Positions 1 to 11,245 of a stretch of DNA of 64,000 nt are shown here, one piece after another. The stretch comes from Dehalococcoidia bacterium. GTDB taxonomy: Bacteria > Chloroflexota > Dehalococcoidia > Bin125. A program made the position numbers and the translations under genes. The stretch spans positions 256,001 to 320,000 of the forward strand of contig CAXXSR010000001.1 of NCBI GenBank assembly GCA_963662615.2, read 5' to 3'. The notes below the pieces were generated by a model. The model worked only from the letters and a program-made list of their open reading frames with translations. It had not been told where the DNA came from and did not search any database. Position 1 is the first letter of the stretch. Every line of letters starts with the position of its first letter.

Positions 1-1
1 C

Positions 2-445
2 GAAGGCGGCGCCACCATCGCGGCTGAGCGGCACGGTGGGGATGGCCTGGGTCAGCTTCTCCATTGGCAGGCAGTGGCCAATGACGCCGGTGCTGTTGAC
101 GAAGACCTCGCTGGGTGCGCAGCCGGCCCGTTCGGCCGCCAGTCGTGCCATCTCACGGGCGTCGGCGATGCCGCGCTCGCCGGTGGCGCAGTTGGCGTTC
201 CCGGAGTTCACGACCACCGTCCGCAGCCGGCCGTCCCGGATGTGCTCTTGGCTGACGAGGAGGGGCGCGGCTTGGACCACGTTCGTGGTGAACGTGGCCG
301 CGGCGACGGCCGGCCCGTCGGCCACCAGGAGCGCCAGATCCGGCAGGCCCGATTCCTTGATCCCGGCCACCGTCCCCCCGGCGCGATAGCCCTGGGGGGC
401 CGTGACCGCCCCGCTCGTCGCTGCCGCCGTCTCTTGCAGCGTCAT
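2..445 (-). CDS. argJ: Bifunctional ornithine acetyltransferase/N-acetylglutamate synthase ArgJ, N-terminal part (runs off window start)
   Basis: Manual translation: MTLQET...VTAPQGYRAGGTVAGIKESGLPDLALL...AATFTTNVVQAAP...VVNSGNANCATGERG...NSTGVIG; ArgJ motifs; directly downstream of argC. Confidence 0.93.
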   Translation of the reverse strand, partial: MTLQETAAATSGAVTAPQGYRAGGTVAGIKESGLPDLALLVADGPAVAAATFTTNVVQAAPLLVSQEHIRDGRLRTVVVNSGNANCATGERGIADAREMARLAAERAGCAPSEVFVNSTGVIGHCLPMEKLTQAIPTVPLSRDGGAAF

Positions 446-470
446 CACCCTGCCTCGCTCCGCCACTCGC

Positions 471-1529
471 CTACGGGTAAAGTCCCAAGGTCGTGAGCCC
501 GGCCGTCTCATCCAGGCCGAACATCAGATTCAAGCACTGCACGGCGCCGCCGGCCGCCCCCTTGACCAGGTTGTCGATGCACGCGATCACCGTGACCTGC
601 CCCGTCACCGCATCCACGTTGGGATAGAGGAGGCAGCTGTTGCTGCCCAAGGTCTCCTTTGTGCTGGGCGGGACGGCGGCCACCTGGGCGAAGGGGTGCC
701 CGCGGTAGAACTCGTGGTAGCGCTCCAGGAGCGCCTCGCGGGCGGCGTCCCGGTGCTGCACGCGGTCGTCCGGCAGAGCGCCGGGGCGGATGCCCGCATA
801 GCAGGTCGCGAGGAGGCCGCGCGTGATGGGAACGACGTGCGGCACAAAGGTCACCTGGAAGTCATCGTCGCCACCGGCGGCTGGTGCCAGCGCGGTGAGT
901 TCCTGCACCATCTCCGGCTGGTGCCGGTGCCCGTCCAGGCCGTAGGCGCCAACACTTCCATCCCGCTCCGAAAAATGCGCTTCCAACGCCAGTGCCCGGC
1001 CCGCCCCGGACACGCCGGACTTCGCGTCCACAATGACGTCGCGATCCAACCACCCGGCCGCGGCCAACGGTGCCAGCGCCAGCAGGGCAGCGGTGGGGTA
1101 GCAGCCCGGCACCGCCACCAAGCGCGATTCTCGGATCTCGTCGCGATGCAGCTCGGGCAGTCCGTAGGTCGCTTGGTCCAACAGCGACGCGGCCGGATGC
1201 GGCCCGTACCAGCGTTCGTACGTCTCCGCATCGTGCAGGCGGAAGTCGGCGCTGCAGTCAATGACGGCGGCGCCCGCCTCGACGTGCGGGCGCAGGGCCT
1301 CCGCGGCGGCTGCATGAGGCAGCGCCGAGATCACCACGTCCACGTCCTCCACCTCCTCCACAATTGGGAGGTCAATGGACCAGAGGTGCGGGAAAACCTC
1401 AGGCAGCCGCTTGCCCGCCTGCGAACGGCCCGTGACGGCCGCGATCTCCACCTGGGGATGCCCCGCCAGCAGACGCGCCAATTCGGCGCCCACGTAGCCG
1501 GTAACGTTGATGATGCCCGCGCGGATCAC
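471..1529 (-). CDS. argC: N-acetyl-gamma-glutamyl-phosphate reductase
   Basis: TGYVGAEL, DCSADFRL, YGLPEL, VPGCYPT, DAKSGVSGAG and DNLVKGAAG motifs. Confidence 0.97.
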   Translation of the reverse strand: MIRAGIINVTGYVGAELARLLAGHPQVEIAAVTGRSQAGKRLPEVFPHLWSIDLPIVEEVEDVDVVISALPHAAAAEALRPHVEAGAAVIDCSADFRLHDAETYERWYGPHPAASLLDQATYGLPELHRDEIRESRLVAVPGCYPTAALLALAPLAAAGWLDRDVIVDAKSGVSGAGRALALEAHFSERDGSVGAYGLDGHRHQPEMVQELTALAPAAGGDDDFQVTFVPHVVPITRGLLATCYAGIRPGALPDDRVQHRDAAREALLERYHEFYRGHPFAQVAAVPPSTKETLGSNSCLLYPNVDAVTGQVTVIACIDNLVKGAAGGAVQCLNLMFGLDETAGLTTLGLYP

Positions 1530-1658
1530 CGCTCCCCCTCTTTCTTCGCGTGCGACGCGCTCACCGCGGCGAAAGATGGATTATATGGCTCGGCCCTGAC
1601 TCCGCCAACGGCGCTCCGTTACCTACGGCACGGTCGCCGTCGCTCCGCCGCGTTCACT

Positions 1659-2456
1659 CTAGGCTGAACGTCGCGGCCGCCTGCGCCTCTGGGCGCCCAC
1701 GGCAGACGGCGCCTCCCGTTCGAACGCGAACGCGGAGGGACAGCGGTCGGCCAGAATGCACTGTTCGCAGAGCGGTCGCGGCGCCTTGCACACCCGCCGG
1801 CCGTGCCGGATCACGAGCACGTGAAAGGGGTAGAAGAGATCGGGCGGCATTTGCGCTTCCAGGGCCGTATGCGCGGCGACGGCGTTCACCTTCGCACCGA
1901 TCAGCCCGAGCCGCTGACTGACCCGATGCACATGCGTGTCAACGGGCAACGCGGGCCGCCCCAGCGCGAACAGGAGCACGCAGGTCGCCGTCTTGGGCCC
2001 CACGCCCGGCAAGCTGGTGAGCCACCCCTTCGCCTCTTCCGTCGGCATCGTCCCCAGGGTCGACGCGTCCCGCTCAGGGCCCAGGCGGGCGCGCAACTCC
2101 CCCAGCAGCGCTTGCAGCCGCGGCGCCTTCGTCTTGGCCAGCCCGCCCGGGCGGATCGTCGCTTCCAGATCCGCGACAGGCGCAGCCTCGACCGCGTCCC
2201 AAGTCGGGTAGCGGTGGACGAGTTCCTGAAAGGCGCGGCCTGAGTTGGTATCGGAGGTGTTCTGGGAGAGGAGGGTGAGCATCAATTCGCCCACTGGGTC
2301 CTGGTGAGGGCGCCAGTCCGGGACCGGCGTCTCGCCGCCCAGCCGCTCGACGATCTCCGCCGGCGTCAGGCGCTCGCTGCGGCGCCCAGCCCGGCCCCTC
2401 CCGACCGAACGCTGGCTGCGCCGGGGCCGGCGAGGGGCCGGCTTCGTTTCGCTCAT
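1659..2456 (-). CDS. nth: Endonuclease III (HhH-GPD DNA glycosylase with 4Fe-4S cluster)
   Basis: LSQNTSD, LPGVGPKTA, PVDTHVHR, CKAPRPLCEQCILADRC; start placed at ATG 2456 after AAGGGA (ORF is open to 2567). Confidence 0.9.
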   Translation of the reverse strand: MSETKPAPRRPRRSQRSVGRGRAGRRSERLTPAEIVERLGGETPVPDWRPHQDPVGELMLTLLSQNTSDTNSGRAFQELVHRYPTWDAVEAAPVADLEATIRPGGLAKTKAPRLQALLGELRARLGPERDASTLGTMPTEEAKGWLTSLPGVGPKTATCVLLFALGRPALPVDTHVHRVSQRLGLIGAKVNAVAAHTALEAQMPPDLFYPFHVLVIRHGRRVCKAPRPLCEQCILADRCPSAFAFEREAPSAVGAQRRRRPRRSA

Positions 2457-2567
2457 TGCGCCGTTTCCCTTACGCGTGGGGCTCGCAAGAGCGGTTCCGC
2501 CGTCATCGGCTCCGCCCGCCGCCGCCGCTTCTCCGCTCCCGCGCGATGACGATCGCGTTAGCGTCAC

Positions 2568-3731
2568 TCAGAATATCCGCTTGCTGAGGGCAAGGCCGGG
2601 CATGCGCGCCAGCTCGCGATCGTAGCTGGAGTCCCCGCGCATCACGCGAAAGAACGCGCTCCAGAGGTAATCAAGCCGGCGGCTCGCGGCGAATGCGAGC
2701 CCGGGCCAGGTGGTCACGCAGCGGTGGTACATCCGCGAAATGGCGCGGGCGGCGTCCAGTTCGGGCTGGATCTCGCGGTTCACCATCGTCTGGTAGCGGC
2801 TGGCCGCATCGCCGTCTGCGCTGGCATCGGGCGCGCCCAACGCGGCCAGGACGGCCGCTGCCGCCAGCCGGCCCGAGTGCAGCGCGTAGGAGATCCCCTC
2901 CGCCGTGAACTCGTCGGCCAGTCCGGCGGCGTCGCCCACCAGCAGAGCCGGCCCCGCGGCGATGCGCTCCGCCCGGCGGCGGAAATGGACGGGATGTCCC
3001 TTGGCGATCGCGATGGTGGCACCGCCCAGCCCCAGCCGCTCGGCGTACTGCTCCGTCCACAGACGAATGTTGCGGCCTTGGCCCGGCGCGAGCACGACGC
3101 CCACCGACAACTTCCCGTCCTTGGGAAAGACCCAGCCGTAGCCCCAGGGGCGGTAGCCAATGTCCACGTTCGCGCGGCCCCGCCAGCGTTCGAGCGCCGC
3201 GGAGGGTGCGTGGAATTCGACCTCCCAGGCGGCGCTCGTGGGCAGCCGCTGCGCCAGCCCCAGCGTCCGTCCCACCACGCCGGTCGTGCCGTCCGCGCCT
3301 ACGACGAACTGTGTTTGGTAGGCGCCGCCTGCGGTCGTGACGCGGGCGAGCCCGTCGGCGACCTCGACGTTGGTGACCGCTTCATCCTGGTGAACCGTCG
3401 CGCCGGCGGCTTCGGCGCCTTCAACCAACAGTCGGTCGAAACGGTCCCGCATCACCATGTAGGCGAAGGGGTGGGGCGAGCGTTTGCTGAAGCTCCGCCG
3501 CCCAAAGTGGCTCACCTCGATCGTGTCGACGGCGTCCTCTACGACCGCATCGATGGGGCCGTCGAGGTGTCGGGCGGCCCGTACGGGAACGCCGCCGCCG
3601 CAGGCTTTGTAGCGCGGATGCGACGCTTTCTCCAGCAACAACGTCCGCGCGCCGGCGGCGGCGAGTCGCCGCGCGGCAGTGCTGCCGCTCGGCCCGCCCC
3701 CGACCACGATCGCGTCCCAGCGCTGTTCCAC
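2568..3731 (-). CDS. Geranylgeranyl reductase family FAD-dependent oxidoreductase
   Basis: VVGGGPSGS, RYKACGGG, VGADG, GYGWVFPK, VGDAAG...EGISYA. Confidence 0.9.
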   Translation of the reverse strand: MEQRWDAIVVGGGPSGSTAARRLAAAGARTLLLEKASHPRYKACGGGVPVRAARHLDGPIDAVVEDAVDTIEVSHFGRRSFSKRSPHPFAYMVMRDRFDRLLVEGAEAAGATVHQDEAVTNVEVADGLARVTTAGGAYQTQFVVGADGTTGVVGRTLGLAQRLPTSAAWEVEFHAPSAALERWRGRANVDIGYRPWGYGWVFPKDGKLSVGVVLAPGQGRNIRLWTEQYAERLGLGGATIAIAKGHPVHFRRRAERIAAGPALLVGDAAGLADEFTAEGISYALHSGRLAAAAVLAALGAPDASADGDAASRYQTMVNREIQPELDAARAISRMYHRCVTTWPGLAFAASRRLDYLWSAFFRVMRGDSSYDRELARMPGLALSKRIF

Positions 3732-3858
3732 CGTCTCAGCCTAACGGACTGCAACCGCCGCTCGCCCTGAGAGGCGGGCCGGCGCCGGCGCGCTCTTTGC
3801 CGTCGCATGCCGTCCGCGACGCTTGGCCCCCTTGCCTGGCGCGCACGCTCCCGAGAGC

Positions 3859-4761
3859 ATGGCGATCATCGTGTCGATACTGTCACGCCGACTCGCGCGT
3901 TTTCTCGCTCTGCTAAGCTTGGCCCTGGCGGTGGCGCTCCTCGGCGCGGCCTGCGGCAACGACGACGACCTGATCCTGGCCACCACCACCAGCGTCGACG
4001 ACAGCGGCCTCCTCGACGTCCTCGTCCCCATCTTCGAGGAGCGCAGCGGCGTGAACGTCAAAGTCATCGCCGTCGGCACCGGCGCCGCCCTGCGGCTGGC
4101 CCAGGACGGCAACGCCGACGCCCTCTTCGTCCACGCCCCCGCAGCGGAAAAGGCGCTGACCGAAGCCGGCGCCCTCGTCGACCGCCACCTCGTGGCCTAC
4201 AACGATTTCCTCATCGCGGGGCCGCCCGCCGACCCGGCCGGCGTCGCCGGCAGCACCGACGCGGCGGCGTCCCTGCGCCGCATCGCCGCGGCCCGCGCTA
4301 CCTTCATCTCCCGCGGCGATGACAGCGGCACGCACACGAAAGAGCGTGCTTTGTGGACCGCGAGCGGGATTGAACCGGGCGGTCGCTGGTACCAGGAGAC
4401 CGGCCAGGGGATGGGCGCGAGCCTTATCATCGCCAGCCAGAAGCGCGCCTACATCCTCACCGACCGCGCCACCTTCCTCGCGCTCAGCGCCAAGCTGGAG
4501 CTGGCGCCCGTCGTGGAGGGCGACCCGTTGCTGGTCAACCTCTACAGCGTCATGCGGGCGGATCCGGCCCAAGCCCGCGTCAACGCTGACGCCGGCGCCG
4601 CCTGGGTCGAGTTCATGCTGGCCGACGAGATCCAATCCCTGATCGCCGGCTTCGGCCGGGAGGAGTTCGGCAGGCCGCTGTTCTTCCCCGCGGCGGGCAA
4701 GAGCGAAGCGGAGGCGATCAATGAGTTCGTTGGAGCCACCACGCGGCGGGCGGGAGGGTAG
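3859..4761 (+). CDS. tupA: Tungstate ABC transporter substrate-binding lipoprotein
   Basis: Lipobox LGAAC; ATTTSVDDSGLL (TupA signature), GTGAAL, FISRGDDSGTH, GQGMG. Confidence 0.92.
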   Translation: MAIIVSILSRRLARFLALLSLALAVALLGAACGNDDDLILATTTSVDDSGLLDVLVPIFEERSGVNVKVIAVGTGAALRLAQDGNADALFVHAPAAEKALTEAGALVDRHLVAYNDFLIAGPPADPAGVAGSTDAAASLRRIAAARATFISRGDDSGTHTKERALWTASGIEPGGRWYQETGQGMGASLIIASQKRAYILTDRATFLALSAKLELAPVVEGDPLLVNLYSVMRADPAQARVNADAGAAWVEFMLADEIQSLIAGFGREEFGRPLFFPAAGKSEAEAINEFVGATTRRAGG

Positions 4762-4764
4762 CGC

Positions 4765-5463
4765 ATGGAATTCCTCTGGAACGGAATCAAGGAGGCCTTC
4801 AACCTCTGGATCCACGGCGACAGCGAGATCATTGAGATCACTCTGCGCACGCTCGCCATCTCCTTCGTCGCCACGGTGCTCGCGCTGGCCCTCGGGGTGC
4901 CCATCGGCGCCGTCTTGGCCTTGAAGCGCTTCCCCGGACGCGCGCCCCTGGTTGCCCTGGTCAACACCGGCATGGGCATGCCGCCGGTGGTGGTGGGACT
5001 GGTGGTTGCGGTCTTCCTCTGGCGCAGCGGGCCCCTGGGGGGCCTCAACCTCATCTACACCCCCACGGCGATGGTCGCAGCACAGCTCCTCATCGCGGTG
5101 CCGCTCGTGATCGGCATCTCCCTCGCGGCCATACAAGCCATCAATCCGCGCTTGCTCGATCAGATAGTGGCGCTGGGCGCGAACCGCATCCAGTTTCTGT
5201 GGCTGATCATCCGCGAAGCCAGACTGGGCCTGCTGGCGGCGCTGATGGCCGGCTTTGGCGCCGTCATCTCCGAGGTCGGCGCCGCGATCATGGTGGGCGG
5301 CAACATCGCTGGGGAGACCCGTGTCCTCACCACCGCCACGGTGCTGGAGGCGGGGCGCGGCAACTTTGAAGTCGCCATCGCCTTGGGCGTTATGCTGCTC
5401 GTCATGGCCTATCTCGTGAACCTGGTCTTCACCGGTGTCCAGCAGCAGCGGCGCCCCACGTAG
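4765..5463 (+). CDS. tupB: Tungstate ABC transporter permease
   Basis: GMPPVVVGL, FGAVISEVGA, GGNIAGETRVLTTA; follows tupA. Confidence 0.92.
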   Translation: MEFLWNGIKEAFNLWIHGDSEIIEITLRTLAISFVATVLALALGVPIGAVLALKRFPGRAPLVALVNTGMGMPPVVVGLVVAVFLWRSGPLGGLNLIYTPTAMVAAQLLIAVPLVIGISLAAIQAINPRLLDQIVALGANRIQFLWLIIREARLGLLAALMAGFGAVISEVGAAIMVGGNIAGETRVLTTATVLEAGRGNFEVAIALGVMLLVMAYLVNLVFTGVQQQRRPT

Positions 5464-6727
5464 GGCGCGCAGGCCGTCGCCCGCCTTGGGCGCGCTGGTC
5501 GGGCCCGACGCGGCCCGGACGTCGCATCGTGCCAGCGACACGGCTGACGCGGACACGGCTGATGCGAATACGGCTGACGCGATCGCCAAAGTCGCCGCGA
5601 AAATCACCGTCCGCGACCTCCTCGTCGTCCGCAACGGCCAGACGGCGCTGGAGATTCCGGTACTCGACATCCCAGCGGGCCGGGTCACCGCGATCATCGG
5701 GCCCAACGGCGCCGGCAAGAGCACGCTGCTCGCTGTGCTGCAGCTGCTCCTCCGCCCGCGGCGCGGCGACCTCCGCCTCGACGGCGCGCCTATGTGGGGC
5801 GACGCCCTCGCGACTCGCCGCCGCCTCGCCTCCGTATTTCAAGAGGCGCTGCTGCTCAACACGTCCGTTCGCAAGAATGTGGAGACGGCGCTGGGCCTGC
5901 GCGGGGTGGCGCGACGCGAGCGACGGCCCCGCGCCGAGCGCTGGCTGGCGCGCTTCGGCGTCGCGCATCTGGCCCGGCGCCACGCGCACGATCTCTCCGG
6001 CGGCGAGGCGCAACGCGTGAGCCTGGCCCGCGCCTTCGCCATGGAGCCGGAGGTCCTGCTCCTCGATGAGCCCTTCGGCGGCCTCGACGCGCCCACGCGC
6101 GTCGCTCTCATCGACGATTTCGCCGACGTCGTCCACGACGCCCGCGTCACGACGGTGCTCGTGACTCACGATCGCGACGAGGCGCTGCGCCTCGCCGATG
6201 GACTCGCCGTGCTCGTTGACGGCAGGCTGCGGCAGTTCGGTCCGCCCCGCACGGTCTTCGCCGCTCCCGCCGATGAAGAGGTCGCGGCACTAGTCGGCGT
6301 CGAAAACGTCTGGCCGGCGCAGCTCTGCGACGTGACGGACGGTGTGGCCACCTACGCCGTTGGCTCGCACCGGCTCCAGGTCGCGCCTGCGGGTCAGGCG
6401 AGCGCGCCGCCGTCGCGGGCGCTCTTCTGCCTGCGCCCGGAGGAGGTGACCATCCAGGCGCCGTCCACCGTCCTGCCTGGCAAGCACAGCGCCCGCAACC
6501 GCTTGCCTGCGACGGTGGTGGCCGTTGAGCCCGTGGGCCCGGTCGTGCGTCTGCGACTCACCATCGCGAGCGAACATCGGGCCGGCGCTGCTGCAGAAAA
6601 ACTGATCGCAACGGTCACCCGCCCGTCCCTGGAGACGCTGGAGCTGGAGCCGGGCAGTCGCGTCATCGCCACCTTCAAAGCGACGGCGGCCCACGTGATC
6701 CCGCGCGCCGCCGGAGACACAGGCTGA
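5435..6727 (+). CDS. tupC: Tungstate/molybdate ABC transporter ATPase with C-terminal TOBE domain (true start uncertain, possibly TTG 5486)
   Basis: GPNGAGKS, LSGGEAQRV, LLLDEP, VTHD; C-terminal SARN...ATVT..S...LEL..G..V.ATFKA (TOBE). Confidence 0.88.
   Translation: MSSSSGAPRRARRPSPALGALVGPDAARTSHRASDTADADTADANTADAIAKVAAKITVRDLLVVRNGQTALEIPVLDIPAGRVTAIIGPNGAGKSTLLAVLQLLLRPRRGDLRLDGAPMWGDALATRRRLASVFQEALLLNTSVRKNVETALGLRGVARRERRPRAERWLARFGVAHLARRHAHDLSGGEAQRVSLARAFAMEPEVLLLDEPFGGLDAPTRVALIDDFADVVHDARVTTVLVTHDRDEALRLADGLAVLVDGRLRQFGPPRTVFAAPADEEVAALVGVENVWPAQLCDVTDGVATYAVGSHRLQVAPAGQASAPPSRALFCLRPEEVTIQAPSTVLPGKHSARNRLPATVVAVEPVGPVVRLRLTIASEHRAGAAAEKLIATVTRPSLETLELEPGSRVIATFKATAAHVIPRAAGDTG
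5537..5581 (+). repeat. 15-bp tandem repeat x3 (GACACGGCTGACGCG-like) encoding DTADA-DTADA-NTADA in the TupC N-terminus
   Basis: Read directly: gacacggctgacgcg gacacggctgatgcg aatacggctgacgcg. Confidence 0.9.
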
Positions 6728-6762
6728 CCCCACGGTCTGGGGCGCAGGGCGCGGTCGCGGGT

Positions 6763-6966
6763 CTACGCCTCAATCCCGAACGTCTTGGCGAGTTCGGAAG
6801 GCGTGGGATCCGTGAGCGCGTGCTTCCCATCGATAACGATGGTCGGCACGGAGCGGTTGCCCTGGTTGATCGCCATCACCCGCGCGGCCGCCTCTTCGTC
6901 CTCGTCGATGTCGATCGTGCGGTAGGGGATGCCCTGCTCGTCCAGGAACCGCAGCGCCGAGCGGCA
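6763..6966 (-). pseudogene. Glutaredoxin/mycoredoxin (NrdH-like) fragment lacking the N-terminus and first active-site Cys
   Basis: Manual translation CRSALRFLDEQGIPYRTIDIDEDEEAAARVMAINQGNRSVPTIVIDGKHALTDPTPSELAKTFGIEA*; no in-frame start before TAG at 7012-7014. Confidence 0.75.
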
Positions 6967-7061
6967 GCGCTGCCCTTGTCCAAGTGCGCAGTCTTGCCCG
7001 CGATCATCGCCCTACGCGGCATCGATCCCTCCACTAACGAACCGAACGCCCTCCGCGATGG

Positions 7062-8510
7062 TTAAAAACCCTCGCCAATGGGATGCAGCTTGAGAAAGTT
7101 GGTCGGCTTGCCCTGGCCCAGGGGCACGCCGCCCACCACCACCACCAGATCGCCGTCTGTGCAGTCCAGCTGCTCCCGTGCGACGTCATCAACGGCGCGC
7201 AGCATGGTCGCCAGGTCGGAGGGGGGATCGCAGCGCGCCGGTGTCACACCCCACAAGAGCGCCGCCCGTTGCTCCACCGGCGGCGTCGGCGCCAAGACAA
7301 CCACCGGCACGCCCATGTGGTCTTTGGCGATCAGCCGCGCCGTATAGCCGCTGACCGTGAACGCGATCACCGCCCGCACGGACGGATTCTGTTGCACAAT
7401 GGAGCGCGCCGCCCAACTGATGCTGCGCGAGGGGTCTCGCCCCCAATCCGTCTCGACGGTCGGCGCCCGCCGCGCGCCCTCGCTCTCCTCCGCCCGCCGC
7501 GCGATCCGGTCCATCATGGCCACGCTCTCCACTGGATGCTTGCCCACCGCCGTCTCCGCCGACAGCATGACGGCGTCAGCGCCGTCCCAGATCGCGTTGG
7601 CGACGTCGCTGGCCTCGGCCCGCGTAGGGCGAGCGTTCTCCACCATGCTCTCCAGCATCTGCGTGGCGATGATCACGGGGACGAGCCGATCCGCCGCCGC
7701 TGCAACGATGCCCCGTTGGCGGATGGGCACGTTTTCCGGGCCGATCTCCACGGCCAGATCACCGCGCGCCACCATGACTCCATCGGCCTGGTGCAGGATT
7801 GCGTCCAGGTTCTCCAGGGCCTGCGCGCTCTCGATCTTGGCGATCAGCTCCACGTCCGAGCCCAACGATTGCAAGACGCTCCGCGCCTCTCGCATGTCCT
7901 CCGGCCGCCGCACGAAGGAGAGCGCGAGGTAGTCGATCCCCTCTGCAACGGCGAAGCGAATGTCCGCCTGGTCGTTGGCCGTGAGCGCGGGCAGACGCAC
8001 GCGCACGCCCGGCACGTTCACACCCGCCCGGCTGGTCAACGTCCCGGCGCTCCGAACCAGCGTCTCAACGGTCTTTCCATCGCTCTCGTTCGCGACGCCG
8101 GTCACCTCCAGCTCAATTGCGCCGTCGCGCAGGAAGATGCTGTCGCCGGCGCGCACATCGTCGGCCAGTCCGGCGTAATCGCAGGAGACGGTCGCGGGGC
8201 CCGCATGTCCGGCAGCCATGCTGATTCGCAACTGCGATCCCGAGGCCAGCGCGATCGGCTCCGGCAGCGGCCCCAGCCGGATCTTCGGCCCGCGCAAGTC
8301 CCCCACGATCGCGAGCGGCTTGTCGCTCTCGGCCTGCACCGCCCGCACGTGCGCGATCAGCGCCCGCAGCGCGCGATGATCCCCGTGCGAGAAGTTGAGC
8401 CGGGCGACGTCCAGGCCCGCCTCGACCATCGCCCGGATGGTCGCCCGCTCCGCCGAGGCGGGCCCCAGCGTCGCGACGATCTTCGCGCCCCGCCTCTCAT
8501 GGCTGCCCAT
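7062..8510 (-). CDS. pyk: Pyruvate kinase
   Basis: KIVATLGPAS, ARLNFSHG, DLRGPKIR, IAKIE, MVARGDL, ATQMLESM, PTRAEASDVANA. Confidence 0.97.
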   Translation of the reverse strand: MGSHERRGAKIVATLGPASAERATIRAMVEAGLDVARLNFSHGDHRALRALIAHVRAVQAESDKPLAIVGDLRGPKIRLGPLPEPIALASGSQLRISMAAGHAGPATVSCDYAGLADDVRAGDSIFLRDGAIELEVTGVANESDGKTVETLVRSAGTLTSRAGVNVPGVRVRLPALTANDQADIRFAVAEGIDYLALSFVRRPEDMREARSVLQSLGSDVELIAKIESAQALENLDAILHQADGVMVARGDLAVEIGPENVPIRQRGIVAAAADRLVPVIIATQMLESMVENARPTRAEASDVANAIWDGADAVMLSAETAVGKHPVESVAMMDRIARRAEESEGARRAPTVETDWGRDPSRSISWAARSIVQQNPSVRAVIAFTVSGYTARLIAKDHMGVPVVVLAPTPPVEQRAALLWGVTPARCDPPSDLATMLRAVDDVAREQLDCTDGDLVVVVGGVPLGQGKPTNFLKLHPIGEGF

Positions 8511-8651
8511 GGGCCCATCCTAGTGCGGCGCCCATCACGAGGGGAACGCGGCGCCGGGCGGTCCCGCGCGGTGCCGCGCGGTGCCGGCGCGGCCAACACG
8601 GCGCGGCCGCGTTCCCATGGCCGCAGCGATCGAATGCCCTAGTCTCCCGTC

Positions 8652-9170
8652 ATGGCGGCACGCGACCAGATGCTGACCCGCGAGTTCCTGCAGCGCGTCC
8701 GTGAACTCGCTCTCGCCGACCTCGGCGACGACTTTGGGCCGCCGACCTCGCGCATCCTTTTCTCTTCGCTCCAGTTTCACTTCGGCGAGCCGCGGCGCCA
8801 CTACGAGGTCTGGCCCGTCCGCAAGACGGGCCGGATCGAGATCGGCCTGCATCTGGAGGGACCGCGCGAATGGAGCCGCCCGCTCGCCGCGCAGCTCGCC
8901 GCCCATGCCGACGAGCTTCGCAGTGTCCTGGGCTCCGGCTACGAGTTGGAGGATTGGACGGCGTCCTGGTCGCGCCTGCACCTGACGGTCCCGCTCGACC
9001 CGCTTACCGACGCCGTGGCCGAGGACCTGGCCGCCCGCCTGGCGCACCTGGTCCGCGCGGTGGAGCCGGTGATTCGCGCGCTGCCGCTCGCCGCGGCGCC
9101 GTCCTCCGAGTCGCGGGTGAGACCGCGCTGGCGCGGGGCGCGCTCAGGCCCCCGTGGTCGCCGGCGCTGA
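8652..9170 (+). CDS. Hypothetical protein
   Basis: Globular-looking 172-aa ORF (HYEVW...IEIGLHLEG...ELEDWTASWSRL) with GC-rich codons; TAGTCT 6 nt before ATG. Confidence 0.75.
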   Translation: MAARDQMLTREFLQRVRELALADLGDDFGPPTSRILFSSLQFHFGEPRRHYEVWPVRKTGRIEIGLHLEGPREWSRPLAAQLAAHADELRSVLGSGYELEDWTASWSRLHLTVPLDPLTDAVAEDLAARLAHLVRAVEPVIRALPLAAAPSSESRVRPRWRGARSGPRGRRR

Positions 9171-9182
9171 ACCGGCGAGCGG

Positions 9183-9213
9183 AAAAACAACGGGCCTCCC
9201 CGTGGGGAGGCCC
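9183..9213 (-). terminator. Intrinsic terminator downstream of groEL
   Basis: Stem GGGCCTCCC-cgtg-GGGAGGCCC (9192-9213), followed on the minus strand by GTTGTTTTT. Confidence 0.8.
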
Positions 9214-9215
9214 CT

Positions 9216-9251
9216 GGCCACCGCATCGGCCACCGCATCGGCCACCGCCTC
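9216..9251. repeat. 12-bp tandem repeat x3 (GGCCACCGCATC)
   Basis: ggccaccgcatc ggccaccgcatc ggccaccgcctc, between the groEL stop and its terminator. Confidence 0.9.
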
Positions 9252-9281
9252 GCCTGACAGCGTGGCGTCGCCGCACAGCGC

Positions 9282-10949
<1,668 letters not shown>

Positions 10950-10960
10950 TCAGACATCGT

Positions 10961-10987
10961 TTAGCACTCTCAAGGGGAGAGTGCCAG
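10961..10987. promoter_or_regulatory. CIRCE element (HrcA operator) upstream of groEL
   Basis: TTAGCACTC-N9-GAGTGCCAG versus consensus TTAGCACTC-N9-GAGTGCTAA; candidate promoter TTGCAA-17-CAATAT just upstream on the minus strand. Confidence 0.92.
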
Positions 10988-11245
10988 CCCTGATATTGCC
11001 TGATCGGCGCGCCCATTGCAAGCAACTTCGCCACGGGCGCGGCGGCTCCCGCGGATCGTTGGCGTCAGGCGGGGGCGATCGCCGCACCCGCGCGCCCAGA
11101 AGCGGAGGCGAGGCGGCTCCAGAGTGCCGTTCCGGGCCCGCCTGTGGCCCACCTTCGGCGCCACTGACGTACGGGTGAGGGGAGAAGAGCAGTGAGGGCG
11201 GCTTCCGAGGGGGTAGGACGCTCGGCGGCAGGGGGTCGGAGCGCG

